Shown: one piece after another, positions 50,601-63,387 of the stretch
Layout: each line of letters starts with the position of its first letter
How positions within the stretch are numbered: the stretch's first letter is position 1
From: Antedon mediterranea
Taxonomy: Eukaryota; Animalia; Echinodermata
DNA length: 64,000 nucleotides
NCBI RefSeq assembly: GCF_964355755.1
Contig: NC_092671.1
Span: 39,194,304-39,258,303, forward strand
Reading direction: 5' to 3'
The notes under the pieces: model-generated
Seen by the model: the letters and a program-made list of their open reading frames with translations, nothing else
Database searches by the model: none
What the model was told of the DNA's origin: nothing
Translations under genes and position numbers: made by a program

Positions 50601-53600
50601 CCTGAACAGGGAGATGAGCGCCCCTGCCCACCGATGAGTTTTGGGATCTCCCTGACCCGGAGGGAGAGTACCCGTTAGGGTTACAGTCTCAGGTTTTCAG
50701 TTTTTTTTAATTAATTAGTGTTCCATGACCTTCTCATCAAAATTTAAAACTCTCATTGTTGTGCTATGTCAACATAATGTCAATGACGGCGAAATGTCCC
50801 CAACAATGGGGATAGCTATGCAAACAAGTAAAAAGTAAGTAAGTAATTGTAATCAGCAAGTGTGTTTCGATGTTAATTTATTTTTTTATGTACATGTAAT
50901 TCTAAAACTAGAGTTAACTATCCCAAAAGGTTGAACGTGTAAAATAATGTAGTGTAAAATAATCAAGCTGTATCATTTAGTACAAATTCTGAGTGATTGG
51001 TTTTGCATTTGGAGGTACTTTCCCGAATAACCGTAATCAAAACGGTATTGGGTTTGGTTTAGGTTACGCACCTGATATAATTTTTTGTACTTTTTGATTT
51101 TATTATCACGTTTGGTGAGTTCCTCTTCCATTGTGTGTAGTTGTTGTTTAACTTCATTAATATCAAATGTATTATCTCTGTCTTGCTGTTTATCTGGGAG
51201 GTCTTTCAGTGCAACAGCAGGTATACCAGATTGAGTGCCTTTGTCTACTGCTCCTTCACAAGCCTGTTGAAGCATTGTGCTTGCTTCTTCTGAAATATCA
51301 ATATGGAATTGTAAGAGGAAGTAAGTAAGAGAAAATAAACATTTGCCATTCAACACATACAGAGAACTGTTCACGTATATAATATTGGCAATCACCACCA
51401 TCATGTTGGCAATCGCCACCATTTGGACATGATATCACTACCATATTTGGGCATATCATCACTACCATATTTGGGCATATCACTACCATATTCAAACATA
51501 TCACAAGTTTGATAGTGTAGACAGAGCTTAAGATAGCTTACTTCTGACAGCCTCGTCTGTCTCCTCCTCCTTCGGTTGCCTCTTGTCAACTTTGTTCAGT
51601 TTTCTCTGAAGTTGATGACATTCTAAAAACTTGGTTTTGTACTCCTCTGCTGCCATTCCAAGACGCGTTTTGTAGTCATTTCTTTCTTGAACTAAATCCG
51701 TTTTCTCTTGCTCAATGGCAATCTAACAAAAATAATGTTTTTTCACAAAACTGTACATTAACGTTTTAAAATATTATTTATGTTATGTTGAGAATGACTA
51801 TATTAGGCAAAACTGGATGTTATGTTTGTTGCTGTTTATTGGTTTTCCCCAAATAATACATATATATTCTTAATAAATTATTAATTATTTATAAATGTGA
51901 ATGATGGTCAAAATAAGTCTAGAAATAGACTTTAAGCAGCGACAACAAAATAGAAAAAAATACTACAATGAAAATACTGTACAATAAATATAAATAAATA
52001 AATATAGGAAAAAAAAAGGAAGAGTGGTCAGTAATAATGATGATTGTTATGATAAAGATGATTAAAATATATCATACCAATTTCTTCTCTAGTTCAACTT
52101 TTTCTTTAAACAGCTGATCATATAAAATTTGTCTCCTCTTTAGTTTAGCTGTGATATCGTCTAGAGCCACCCTCAATGCTTCAGACGGCCCTCCTATCAC
52201 CGTGTCTTTCACATTCTTCTGTAGTTTTTCATGATCCTAAATAGAATCCATACATTATCTATTATTATATAACACCTAAGTAAATTCCTGTCATTTGATT
52301 GGACGATTGTGGGTCACATGGCGTGCAATATAGTTATTATTTGTATACTAATAATCAATTGATACATTCTCTTTTGCTATGGATATATGTCATTATGGTG
52401 TTCCAAAAAAAAGATGAATTAATGGATGTACTGACAAAACTAATAAATTAAAATCAATATATTTTTTCGGGAGATTAACAGAAACACTCTAGCCATCTTG
52501 GTGCGCCCTCTATGTTGTATATCTCAAGTCATGAAAGTGTATATCTCAAGTCATGAAAGTGTATATTAGTATTATTACCAGAATGCAATGTTTCTTTCTC
52601 TGTTGAAATTCAATTTTAATAAGTATAAAGTTCTGTTTACATTAGCAAACATTATGACAAAAAAATGTGGTGTGCCCATATATGGACATAATGATGTCAT
52701 ATCACTACTTATTTGGTACATCACACTTTCTTGTCAAACTAGTTTGATATTGTAGACAGACCTATAATCATTTGAGAAAATGTGAATATGCAAGAAAAAT
52801 AAAACTTATTGAAACTTTTTTTTATAGATAAGAATGAGGGTAAGAACATTTATATATTTAATTATGTAAAAAGTAAATATAAAATGAGAGACGTTTTAAG
52901 GAAATAAAAGAGAAAGGTTAAATGTTTGTTACCTTGGCTAATTTATTCATACTCTGCCGCATGACCTCTAGCTGTTCCTGTAGGAGGCCCTCTTTCTCCC
53001 TAAAAGCGTGTTCTTGTCGAATAATCTTTTGTTGCAGTGTGGCTTCTTTCTTTCTGAACTGTTCTCTTGTTTTCAATAGTTTGTCGTTCACATGGTCCTT
53101 CTCAATTGATGCATTCTAGCAAAATGTATCAAATAGCAAAACACATTAGTTCTTAATTCCTATTATTAATCTTATTATTTATAATATTTAGTCATTTCAT
53201 TTTCATTTCAAATATTTATTTGGGCATAAGTAACCCAGGGTCAGGAAGTTTGTGGAGTAACACTAGTGTCTGCTGCAGCTCTGTTGTTGCTAAAGCTGCA
53301 GCCCTGTTGTTTCTAAGCTGCAGCCCTGTTGGAACTATAGAATAAATATTAATTTAAGCGTGGTTCCCACTAGAACTCAACGCAGCGACGTATCGACGCA
53401 AAGTGATGCATTGCATAATCGCAAGTGGGAACCGACGACACACCATTGCTGTAAAAATCGCAGGTTTGTTTTCACGCAGGTGGGGGCAAACACAATGATT
53501 GGAAGGGCATTTTCTTACGATGCGTAGATTGCGTACTTTGCGTCGCAAGTGAGAAACAAGCTTTAAAGTAAAACTGTTAAGCATTATTATCTGCTTATTT

Positions 53601-56600
53601 AGTCTTTAAAGGTATGACAAATTCTATTTTATATTCTGTGGACGTTCTTGTAAATATCATTTACAATTTATAATATTCTAAATATTCATTTGGTTACCTC
53701 CAGATCTTTAGATAATTTGTGTTGAACTGTTTTCAATGTGCTAATCTCTTCTGTTAGCATAGACTTTGTCTGTTGTGTAGCTGCTAGTTGACTTTCTACT
53801 TGTTCCAAACGATTTTCATTGCTTCTCAAATAGTCCTAAAATTATTGATACAATATGGATAAACTGTAATATAGTTTTTTTTTGTCAAACTTGTTTGATA
53901 GTGTAGACAGAGCTTTAAGGTCCAAAAGGACAAAGATTTGTTACTATTGAAAACACATTCGGAATAATATAATGTTTGGAAAACCAGACTAATCAGGTCA
54001 GCTTGTAGGTTTCCGATATACAATATTATTATAAACATAAAAACAATAATAATTGTGATAAAACACACAACACTGATATCACTATGATCATGGAGGATAC
54101 CTCCATGCTATGATAGATAAATTAGATAAATTATTTAATACAAATATAATCCTGTTATTATGACAGGAAATAAAGATTAAAACTACGCAGGGTCATTTTC
54201 AAGGTCAATACCTGCCTTCACTAACAGCTTTCATTTGTTGATGGTTGAAGTAAAGCTCTGTTTACACTATCAAACTAGTTTGATAAAAAAGGTGTGATGT
54301 GCCCATATATGGTAGTGATATGCTTAAATATGGTAGTGATATGACATCATCATGTCCATATATGGGCACATTGTCACATAAAGTTTGATAGTGTAAACAC
54401 AGCTTAGTACTCTTTTGCATTTAACTGACCAATCACAGTACATTATGCTAATAATAGTTCTCCCAACTATACAACAACAATACTTTAATCCACAATTTTG
54501 CTGGGTTTGAGAATAAGTGTATCAAAATGTGAAATAAAATGGGAGATCAAAATATGTTGTAAGTCAAATGTTAACAAGTAGTATAAATTTATGAAGTGAG
54601 AACAGGGCATAAGTGAAATAAAAGTAATCAACATACTCTATCAGCTCTGGCAACCAGGAGTTCTTTTTCAATCTTTTTCTTCTCGTCCTCATGCTCACGT
54701 TTTAATTCACATGATTTTTCTGAACGCCTACGCATATCTTGAAGCAGCACTTCAAGAGCTTTTACTTCCTGTTCAGATGAGAGAAACTGTTCCTGAAATA
54801 TTACAAGGAAATAGAAATAATGCAAACACTAGAAATAAATGCTTAAGCTTTGTTTTTGTTTGTGGATACTGTTGCGTCAGGGGGATTCAAGAGGGGGGAC
54901 CATCAGACCCCAGCCTATAAATGTTATGTTAAGTTCAGTATTTTTAGACCCTGACTTTTTATAACAAAAGTGGAGCTGTATCTTGGTGGTTAACATGCTT
55001 GCTCTCCAATCCCAAGGTCCAGGGTTCAATTCTGTCCTAGTGCCATGGTTGTAACTCACAACTCTTTCAACTCCACTACCTAAGCCTCAAATGAGACTTA
55101 GTTTAAAAAGCACGATACATTATTAAGTAGTTTATCCATCCTGTAATTGGCTGTTGGATGCGTATGAAAAAAAAAAAAATGATTGTGCCTACCTTATATT
55201 GGTCCTTCTCTTTCTTAACATCCATAAGTTCAGCTGTTAGTTGATCTCTGATTGAACTCAATGTATTGTTGTTTGCAACCACTTCTTGTAAGTCAGCTTC
55301 TGTAGATTCCAGCATCGTCTTGTAGCGTGCATTCTCCTCTTCTAGTTTCTTGATTTTGTCAGACGCCAAACCCACGTTTGTCTCCAATAGGCTCCTTTGA
55401 TTTTCCAGATTGTTTAACTCTAATGACAATTCCTGTGAGAGATGAGAACATTTAAGGTGGAGTCTACTTAAGACAAAAAAATTCCACACAAAATGACAAT
55501 AGCATAAATTGATACTTTATAAGGCACTAAAACAGTGTGTGCATTTCTTGAAAGAGGCCAGGAATTATTCTTGATTAAGCTAATAAATGTCAAACTAACC
55601 TGTTTAAGTGAAGTTAGCTCAGCAATACTAGCATTACTCTCTGTAAGATCCTTCGATGTCTCTGCCAGCTGTTTTTCCAGTTCATCTTTAGCATTCTCCA
55701 GCTCTTTCTGCTTCTCTACCATCTTCTCTTTTTCATCAATGGCGCGTTTTAGCTTCTCTTCCTGGATGATGGTCTTAGACTGGATCATCAACATGTCTTC
55801 ATACTCATCATCAATCTCAACGAACTCAACATCAGTGAGGTGAAGGAACTGGAAAGGTGTACTCGCACCTCTCATCTTGCCTAGTCTGTCGATGTAACAG
55901 AACTGGTAGAATTCGCCATCATCTTTAGGTAGATAGTACGCTGTCAATAGAATAAAGATTAAATTAAGATTATATTCTTCAATTGCAATACAGACCTTGT
56001 AAATATACCTTACAGTTGAGTAAAACCGCTACTGGTTTATGATCTATATATTGTATCATGTTGTTGTAATCTTTGTGTTGTTTTGGGGCCATGTGGTGTA
56101 GTGGTTAAGTTGGACTCGCAATCCAAAGGTAGTGGGTTCAAGCTTTGGTCACTGCAGTCCTTGAGCAAGATTTTTTTTAATTTACCTTCCCACCTAGAGG
56201 TAAAAAATGGGTACCGGTATTGAAAATACTTGGAAGGTAATTCACAAACCTGCAGAATACAGTGGGGTCTAAATGAAATAGAGATGGGCACCACAATCAT
56301 TAGCAAATAAGCTTTAGTTTCAACTTTACTGTACTTTAGCTACCTTGTGTTGTTTTGATATTAAAATATATATATTATGCATAAAGCTGTAATATAATAT
56401 ATGCAAATACAGTAATTTTGTCAATAATGTACTTACAATTAAAAAGAATGTTCAGTTTGTACTCTTGGCCTGTCTGCCAATCATTTGGCATGGGAGCCCA
56501 GTCATAGGTGATCTTCTCTCTGGTAGTACTCCAACCTATCTTAAACAGACCTACCCAATCATTCTTATTTGGCTCAATAGACTTAGTTAAAGTATAGCTA

Positions 56601-57358
56601 CATTGAATGTGAGCATCTGAAACAAAATTCACAATACAGCTGAGTGGTAATTTATCAATTAATATTACTTGTATTGAGTATACACTATTTGTAAATACAT
56701 TGATTACAATACAATTATTTTCATTACAAATTAAACTATTATTCAGATAAAAAATTGATTGTTTTGTAGGCAAGAAAACAAAGGTAAAGGCTGTAAAAAA
56801 AGGGAATAAAACCGCAAGAACACAAACAAAGAAACATGGGTCATTGAAGAGCTGGATAAACAAAAGAAGTTTTCTTTTTTAATTCTGTCTATTTTGTAGA
56901 AAAATCTTATTTCAAATAAAGTTATTTAGTACATTTTCAAGTTTCAAAATACCATTCAATCTAGTTATATTAATATTCATATTAATTATGATTTTTCCAC
57001 TGTGACTAGGCCTATCTGATTTTTAAAATGCAGACAGTAAACTATCTCAATACCGAACACCTTTGGGCCGGCCAAATAAGTCTGGTTTTCCGGAAAGTCT
57101 AATATTCTAAATGAGTTTTTAATGTTAAAAAGACATTTGGGACATTTGGGACATTTTAGTTCTGAAGAAAAGTCTGGTATTGGGAGAGTTTCTGGTTTTC
57201 AGAGAGTGCGGTATTGGGAGAGTTGACTGTACTACAGTATTAAAACATGGTTACCAACCTGGTGGATAATTCTCAGCGACATTGTGAAATATAACTTGCG
57301 CATAGTCCATGGTTTGGTTCAAATCCTTTTCAGTACAGTATTCCGCTGACCGTTCCAT
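47660..57358 (-). CDS. TAX1BP1: Tax1-binding protein 1 / CALCOCO-family selective autophagy receptor, about 13 coding exons (57358-57259, 56616-56437, 55940-55600, ~55432-55193, ~54793-54637, ~53836-53698, ~53116-52933, ~52217-52077, ~51723-51541, ~51309-51072, ~50243-50105, ~48847-48369, ~47888-47660)
   Basis: N-terminal SKICH domain (AQVIFHNV, DWVGLFKIGW, YYLPKDDGEFYQFCY...GASTPFQF), DMLMI (compare the DMLVV CLIR motif), a long coiled coil and two C-terminal UBZ-type zinc fingers (CPEC..H..SH, CPMC..HVQQH). Confidence 0.88.
48935..49060. repeat. Tandem repeat, ~43 bp x3
   Basis: ttactatcctatcagatagcacccgattcccagtgcagtat units. Confidence 0.85.
49069..49241. mobile_element. Small MITE with ~44-bp TIRs and a central GGTTAG-like tract
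   Basis: tatctatttccgaagtatca..ggaat... is mirrored by ...attcctatgatacttcggaaatagata. Confidence 0.75.
49258..49870. repeat. Intronic minisatellite, ~35-bp unit, about 17 copies
   Basis: ggctatcagataggtggtaatccccctgacacaga units. Confidence 0.95.
51415..51528. mobile_element. MITE family A right arm
   Basis: catatttggg repeats followed by agtttgatagtgtagacagagct|taa. Confidence 0.75.
52629..52763. mobile_element. Degenerate MITE family A copy
   Basis: agttctgtttacattagcaaac ... agtttgatattgtagacagacct. Confidence 0.7.
53357..53562. mobile_element. MITE with GGTTCCCACT-type TIRs (Harbinger-like); related fragment at ~37735-37838
   Basis: agcgtggttcccactaga...cgca ... tgcgtcgcaagtgagaaacaagct with T/A-rich flanks. 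Confidence 0.55.
54254..54404. mobile_element. MITE family A copy
   Basis: taa|agctctgtttacactatcaaact ... agtttgatagtgtaaacacagct. Confidence 0.85.
54970..55100 (+). mobile_element. Degenerate tRNA-derived SINE
   Basis: A-box-like tggtggttaac and B-box-like ggttcaattc without a complete cloverleaf. Confidence 0.5.
56085..56220 (+). mobile_element. tRNA-derived SINE with a CORE-like body
   Basis: ggggccatgtggtgtagtggtta (A box), gggttcaagc (B box), then tccttgagcaag...aaatgggtaccgg. Confidence 0.7.
57035..57229. mobile_element. pogo/Tc1-mariner-like MITE
   Basis: cagtaaactatctcaataccgaacac ... gtgcggtattgggagagttgactg|ta. Confidence 0.7.
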
Positions 57359-58706
57359 GGCTTTAAATTATTACCAAGTTCTAGCGGTAATAATAAGCAA
57401 AACACAAAGGGTCACTACACAGACAATATTAACTTATTCATAAATTTATAAAAATAGAGCTTCACTTTTTAAATTTATACTAAAATAATGCAATTCATTA
57501 AAAAAAGATATCCTATTTTAGGCCTAGACGTAATTGCTATTAAAAATAAATGTATACATATCACTGTATATAATAGTAACGCCAACTGTATTACATTAAA
57601 CGTACAGTACTGTACAGTAGGACTAGCTAGCCAATTTCCCTGACTTAAGTCAAGTGTCAGTAGGCCTAGAGGCCTGTCTTGTACGCAACTGGCTGGCTGT
57701 GGACATTTTTGTTTGGCCACCCACCACAATCAAGTTTACTCGATTGTTTTTCCATCCCGAAATACTCAAATTTACAGTCTATTTTATCAAAAAATACATT
57801 TTATAATTGTACCAAGTATATAAAGCAAGTTTGTAAGATAATTAGACTATTAAATATCTACCACAAACCTATATTTCAGTTATTTTACGTGCGACGAATG
57901 TGAAATTATCCTTATCTTCCTCCTGTGTATTGCGACTGCGACAGAAAATAAACATGACGACATCATTGTTTTTTTTCATGGCTGATTATAACTACGAAAT
58001 TATGCGGTCTGCCACGATCTTATATGATTGTGTTTCAATTTGAATCTGCATGATTTTACATGGTACATGGTAGGGGTTACCAAATTGGTTTTGTAGATGA
58101 GTTATTTTTAGTCGTATGACCACACAGTAGGCCTGTTGATTTAAAGTAAAAATTAATTATTTTGTGGAGATCGATCGATTAAAAAATATTGTATATACCA
58201 TTTTCATTGGTTAAACCTAATGTTGCAAGAAAAAAAAGTCGACTCAATTATGAAACGCAAACAGACCAAACAGAAAGAATAAAGCGTGTATAGAATTATT
58301 GGGTTTTTATCAGTAATTTTTAGCGTACGTTCATAAAGAGCTACAAAATTAATTTGTTCTTTAATTGTTTCATCTAGGCCTAGGTTTTAAAAAGAATACC
58401 CTGTTTTTCATTATCAAAACCACTTTTGTGAACTAAACTAAAATTGTATTTATAATGTATCAATGTTCATGTTACTGTGTAGTATTCATACAGTATATTG
58501 TTTGGAATATAATATTTATAAATTTATATATATATTTTTTTTAAAGCAAACACAAAATACAAAACTATTTACTTTTATTAAAAATAATTCATCCAAGAAT
58601 AGTTACAAGCATATTAGGCATATATACAAATTAATACATAATTAGTATTTTATTAAGTAAGTTATTGCACTCTTTTCCTCTCTGATCTTTGATCTGTGAT
58701 GTATGG

Positions 58707-58990
58707 AATCAATCAATCAATCGTTCGATTTATATAGCGCCATTCCAACATTCATTGCTCATGGCGCTGTAGAAAAAATCAGAAAAGGTGAGTTTGAGTA
58801 GTGACTTAAAGTGACTCAATAATGATGTGTGTTTAATGTTCAAGGGTAGGTGGTTCCAGAGCCTAGGTCCAGCAACACTGAAAGTCCGATCTCGCCAACT
58901 ATGTTTGCTCCTCGGAATGTCCAGTAGCACCTGATGACTAGATCTTAGTTCTCGCTTTCCCTTCTTGACTGTCAACAATTCTGAGAGAGA
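58707..58990 (-). mobile_element. L2 LINE 3' end with (GATT)n tail
   Basis: RELRSS..LLDIPR..DRTFSVAGPRLWNHLP..FKSLLK followed by gcgctatataaat and (gatt)n. Confidence 0.85.
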
Positions 58991-59288
58991 TTTTTGAATG
59001 GTTAACAGTTCTGTTATAATATATATGATATAAGGAAGAAAAGCAAAGAGATCATGGAGCGGCTGTATGGCAGAATATACAACACTAAGTAGGCCTATTG
59101 TAAAGTTAAAAAACTAAAAAATTTAGACAATCTTCTTTATTTGTTTCAGGTCTATAAATCGTGAAGGTATAGTTTATACCTCCCATGGCCTAATATAACA
59201 GATATTATAAATAAATAATTTTATAAATCCAATTTCAAAGATGATGAGCAAATTTTCATGATTTCATCTTAATTGATTCTATTAGAAT

Positions 59289-61823
59289 TCATTTTTCGTC
59301 GGTATTTAGAGATAATTTGAGGTGCATTTTTATTACAAAAGACGCATTTGAAACGTATATGTGCTCATCTTTTGAGCAAACTATTTTGTTGTTTGATCCG
59401 CTTAGTTCACATGGCAACGTAATTTTACCGATCAACTGTCCATCCTCAATGTTGACAACCAGTATGTTGTGTTTTTCCAATACAATTAAATGTTCTGAAT
59501 TGCTGACTGCTATACTAAGTGGGTTTGTAATTCCACTTTCAAATGTTTTAACAAATTCAAAGTCAGAATTTAACATATGAACACAATGACTTGCAGAATC
59601 ACAAATAAAGACATTGTCTTTGAAATCAACTGACATATTTGACGGCTTCTTTATTTGATCTTGGGTAAGTGTCTTTTGAAGAGAACCATCCGAAAGAAAT
59701 ACTTTGATATTTGACGAAGTGCAAACAAGAATGTTTCCAGTTGAAGTCATAGCTATTGCTTCTGGTATGATATGTTCTTTCAAATCAACTGTATGTTCTT
59801 TTAGTATAGAAAGTGAATGTTGTGTGAAAAAGGTGAGTGATGTGATGGTTCTAGAAAGTGAACTGGAACAAACACATCCTTTATGGTCAGTCGAGCTGAC
59901 AGCAAATTTCAGAAGGTCATTGGTGTTGAAATAACCAATGGCTAGTCGAGTTGTAGATGCAGATAGACCAACATAGCAGATGCTGGATTGAAAGTCGTGA
60001 ATCTGTGAAGATAATCTCCTAAGGCTTTCGGCAGAAGTGGTAAGAAACATAAGATTATTCGATGGAAGCACAGCCAGATCAACAATTTCAAAGCCATGGC
60101 CACTTTTCATGACCAAGTGTTTCACAACCACAGATCTACCTTCTACAAATATGTCATGGGACACTACTCGTATCACATGTTTACCAAAATGTTTCAGATA
60201 GAATTTAGAATACAATGCATTTTTATAGTGCTTTTCCTCTGGCTTAATATATTGGTTTACGGGATCAATACATTCAACAGCAATACCACTTTTTTCAAAA
60301 ACCATTTGCTTATTTTCATCAAGCACTGCAACACTCGTAGAAAGAGTATTGCATGCAATGGTATAGTTTACATCCACTCGATATACCACGATCGAAGGTG
60401 AAGGAACAGACTCTCCCATAACTTTTACCAAAACATTATAGGTACCAACAACTGGAGGAACAAAACTTGCTGCATGTTCTCCACGCTTATTTTCAATTCT
60501 TTGTACTTTGCAATCAAAGCGGGACGTACTGTCAGTTTTGAGGCACACATATGCTTCTATTTTAATGTGTTTAGAATGATGAGAGCTAGGCTGATTCTTC
60601 CTGTCTCGCAAACTAATGAAGAATCGACACAGAGTTCCAACAAATCCATACTTGCATATTACCTCAGTATGAGCTGGGACAATGTTGTATGCTTGTATTG
60701 AAGTGTTGTTAACAATACAAGTTGTAAAACGATCACAAACAGGATGTGTGAATGACAATAAGCTATACGCCAACTTTGGTCCCGGTTCTGTTTCTGTTCC
60801 TGTCAAAGATTTAGATCGATCTAAAAGTTCTTGTAATGAGCTTCTGTGAGTATGGAATGTGTGAGACTCTTCAACCGGACACTGGCGATCCAAAATTGGC
60901 TGTATCGTTTCAAAAGTACTTCCGATGTGTGAAAGAAATATTTCTGCTTCTTCAGTTTCCTTTTTGTATTGATCTATTGAAGATAACTTGAAAGCATCTA
61001 CTTCTGCTTTCAGCGTTTTCTTATGATGAGCAATAGTATCATTCAGTTGTGATTGGAGGTTTGTAAAAAATAGGTCCATATCATCAATGCATTCTTGATA
61101 GTTTTTATCCAGCATGTCTGACTTCCTGTTGGCTCGACATGACTTCAAAATTGCACTCTCCTGAATCGACACAATATCTTCAACTAACTTATTAAGCTTG
61201 GTGTGAATTTCTTCCTTTACAGAATCTAAATCAACAACTTTATGATGTTGGTGATTAGCAACAGTGCACACACAACACATAACTGCTTCGCAATTCTTAC
61301 AATATTTTTGCGATTTTTCGGTTTTGTGAAGTTCACAATAATATGTTTTCTTTGCCTCGCTTAAATCGATAGAATTTAATGGTTCTACAAGGTGACCAGC
61401 AAAAGACATCATCGTTGAATGGCATTCCTCACATCTTTTACAAATCTGCCGTCGACAGTGATAGCACCAACTGGCAGTTTTGAGACCACGAGAGCATTCT
61501 TCACACGTTGCTGTTCCGTCATCTGTTCTTTCTGATACTGGCGCTTTAAAAAAGCTCATCAGTTTCTTAATAGTTAAGTTATCTTGAAGACTTACTGCAT
61601 CATCATCTGTCAGGTCAAATACTTGACGGCACGTAGGACAGTGGCGTGGATTAACAGTAGCGATACAACTCATGCAATATGTGTGACCACATGGTAATTC
61701 TTTTGGTCGTCGTTCTTGCATTGTATATTGGCCAGTACATACCTTACAGAATAAAAATTCTTCTTTAAGATCGTAGATTTCGGACAATCCGAGTGACGTT
61801 CCATACGTAGCCATGATATACAC
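59289..61823 (-). CDS. Intronless TRIM (RBCC) E3 ligase: RING, two B-boxes, coiled coil, filamin/Ig-like repeat and NHL-like beta-propeller (probable start MATYG at 61814)
   Basis: C3HC4 RING (CKVC..LPCGHTYC..C..CPTCR), B-box 1 (CEEC..CYHC..CKRC..H), B-box 2 (CELH..CKNC..CCVC..HQHH), filamin-like FVPPVVGTYNVLVKV, and NHL-like PEAIAMTSTGNILV / VFICDSASHCVH. Confidence 0.9.
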   Translation of the reverse strand: MYIMATYGTSLGLSEIYDLKEEFLFCKVCTGQYTMQERRPKELPCGHTYCMSCIATVNPRHCPTCRQVFDLTDDDAVSLQDNLTIKKLMSFFKAPVSERTDDGTATCEECSRGLKTASWCYHCRRQICKRCEECHSTMMSFAGHLVEPLNSIDLSEAKKTYYCELHKTEKSQKYCKNCEAVMCCVCTVANHQHHKVVDLDSVKEEIHTKLNKLVEDIVSIQESAILKSCRANRKSDMLDKNYQECIDDMDLFFTNLQSQLNDTIAHHKKTLKAEVDAFKLSSIDQYKKETEEAEIFLSHIGSTFETIQPILDRQCPVEESHTFHTHRSSLQELLDRSKSLTGTETEPGPKLAYSLLSFTHPVCDRFTTCIVNNTSIQAYNIVPAHTEVICKYGFVGTLCRFFISLRDRKNQPSSHHSKHIKIEAYVCLKTDSTSRFDCKVQRIENKRGEHAASFVPPVVGTYNVLVKVMGESVPSPSIVVYRVDVNYTIACNTLSTSVAVLDENKQMVFEKSGIAVECIDPVNQYIKPEEKHYKNALYSKFYLKHFGKHVIRVVSHDIFVEGRSVVVKHLVMKSGHGFEIVDLAVLPSNNLMFLTTSAESLRRLSSQIHDFQSSICYVGLSASTTRLAIGYFNTNDLLKFAVSSTDHKGCVCSSSLSRTITSLTFFTQHSLSILKEHTVDLKEHIIPEAIAMTSTGNILVCTSSNIKVFLSDGSLQKTLTQDQIKKPSNMSVDFKDNVFICDSASHCVHMLNSDFEFVKTFESGITNPLSIAVSNSEHLIVLEKHNILVVNIEDGQLIGKITLPCELSGSNNKIVCSKDEHIYVSNASFVIKMHLKLSLNTDEK

Positions 61824-63074
61824 TTATCTATAAGGCAAGTAATATAAGAAATTCATCTACTACGATCACATACCGATCTTCGCAGAATAGACCAAATACA
61901 ATAATGTTTGATTGCATTAAAATTACTCCTCAGCAATGTACAAAGGCCTATGTATTATATTATATAATTAACTAGAGGGTACTCCGCCTACTGTAAAATT
62001 TCCCTATATAAAATGTCCCCGGAAAATATATATACTGTATATACCTTCTCATTAACTCCGGCCCAAACTATTCCTCTGGTCAATAATTAAATGACACTCC
62101 CATTCTGGAAAAACCCACTAAACAAGAAAAGCAATTCATCGCGGGTTTCGTCGAGTGACGTAATTAACAAAATATCAAGCAATTTACCACTCTATTGGTC
62201 GCCCAGAGAGTTTATTCATCAGAAAGCCACAAAAGGTTTGATGGCCTGATTATTATGTAGAGTCAATTCAATAATCAATATTGCAGTGTCGGGTCGTATA
62301 CTGTAAATTTAACCTGGGAAAACCAAATGGGTAAAAATGGATTTAATCTGTGAAAAATGATGTTAATCATGTCAAGAGCCACATGACTAATTCCTATATT
62401 GGGCATACAAAAATAATTCATTTGTTCCTTTGTTTTATCTGGGATCAAAAAAATATACCGTTTTACCATTATCACCTATTATATAGGCAAACCACTTTGA
62501 ACTCCCGGCGCTTGTATCTCCGAGTTTCCTTAATACCTGTACTTAATAATAACTGTGTTTTTACAATTACAATGTCACTGTTCATCTTACTGTAGTATTC
62601 ATACAGTATATTGTATGGAATATATATACAGTATATATAATATTTTAAAATGTATATATTTTTTTATAATAGTTTTTTTTCTTTTAAAAAAAGCAAACAC
62701 AATATACAAAATAATTTACTTTTATTAAAAAATAATTCATCCAAGACTACTGTAATTAAAAGCATAATGCAGTATATATAATTCAATACATAATTAGTAT
62801 TTTATTAAAATGAGTTATTGCACAACCCCACCCTCTTTGATCATGTATGGAATGGTTTTAACTATTCTCACGTTAGCATTTAATTAAAGAATTAATTAAC
62901 CTAAAAAATATATTTTCTCTTAATTTAAATTCAAATAAATAAATATTAATTTTGATATATTTTGTCTGGCTGTACTGAAGGAAGCAAGAATTTTAAGGAC
63001 GTCACCAGAAATCAGATCAATATGTGTCATCTAAAACTCTTATCATGAATGGTACAGTTATAATTCTTCTTCTA

Positions 63075-63147
63075 AGCTCTATCTACACTATCAAACTAGT
63101 TAGACAAAAAAATGTGATGTGCCCAAATATAGACATGATGATGATTA
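63075..63147. mobile_element. MITE family A left arm
   Basis: agctctatctacactatcaaactag...gtgatgtgcccaaatat. Confidence 0.7.
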
Positions 63148-63387
63148 TACTTTTGATGTAGTATAATCTGAATCTCAATTTCTAACCATCAAGTGTTAAA
63201 AATAAATAATTTTACAAATCCATGGTCAAAGATTATTAGCAACAATCGTCATGATTTATCAATCTTAATTGATTCACATAGAATTCTTTTTTCGTTGGTA
63301 TTTAGAGATAATTTGAGGCAGATTTTTACAAAGTGTCACATCACTCTCGTACGGTAAACTAACAAGCATTCAGTGCCCAAATATAAT

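Noticed and set aside
56085-56160. Possible tRNA gene (also 54970-55040)
   Set aside because: Broken stems, no terminator, followed by a SINE body; a SINE head rather than a tRNA
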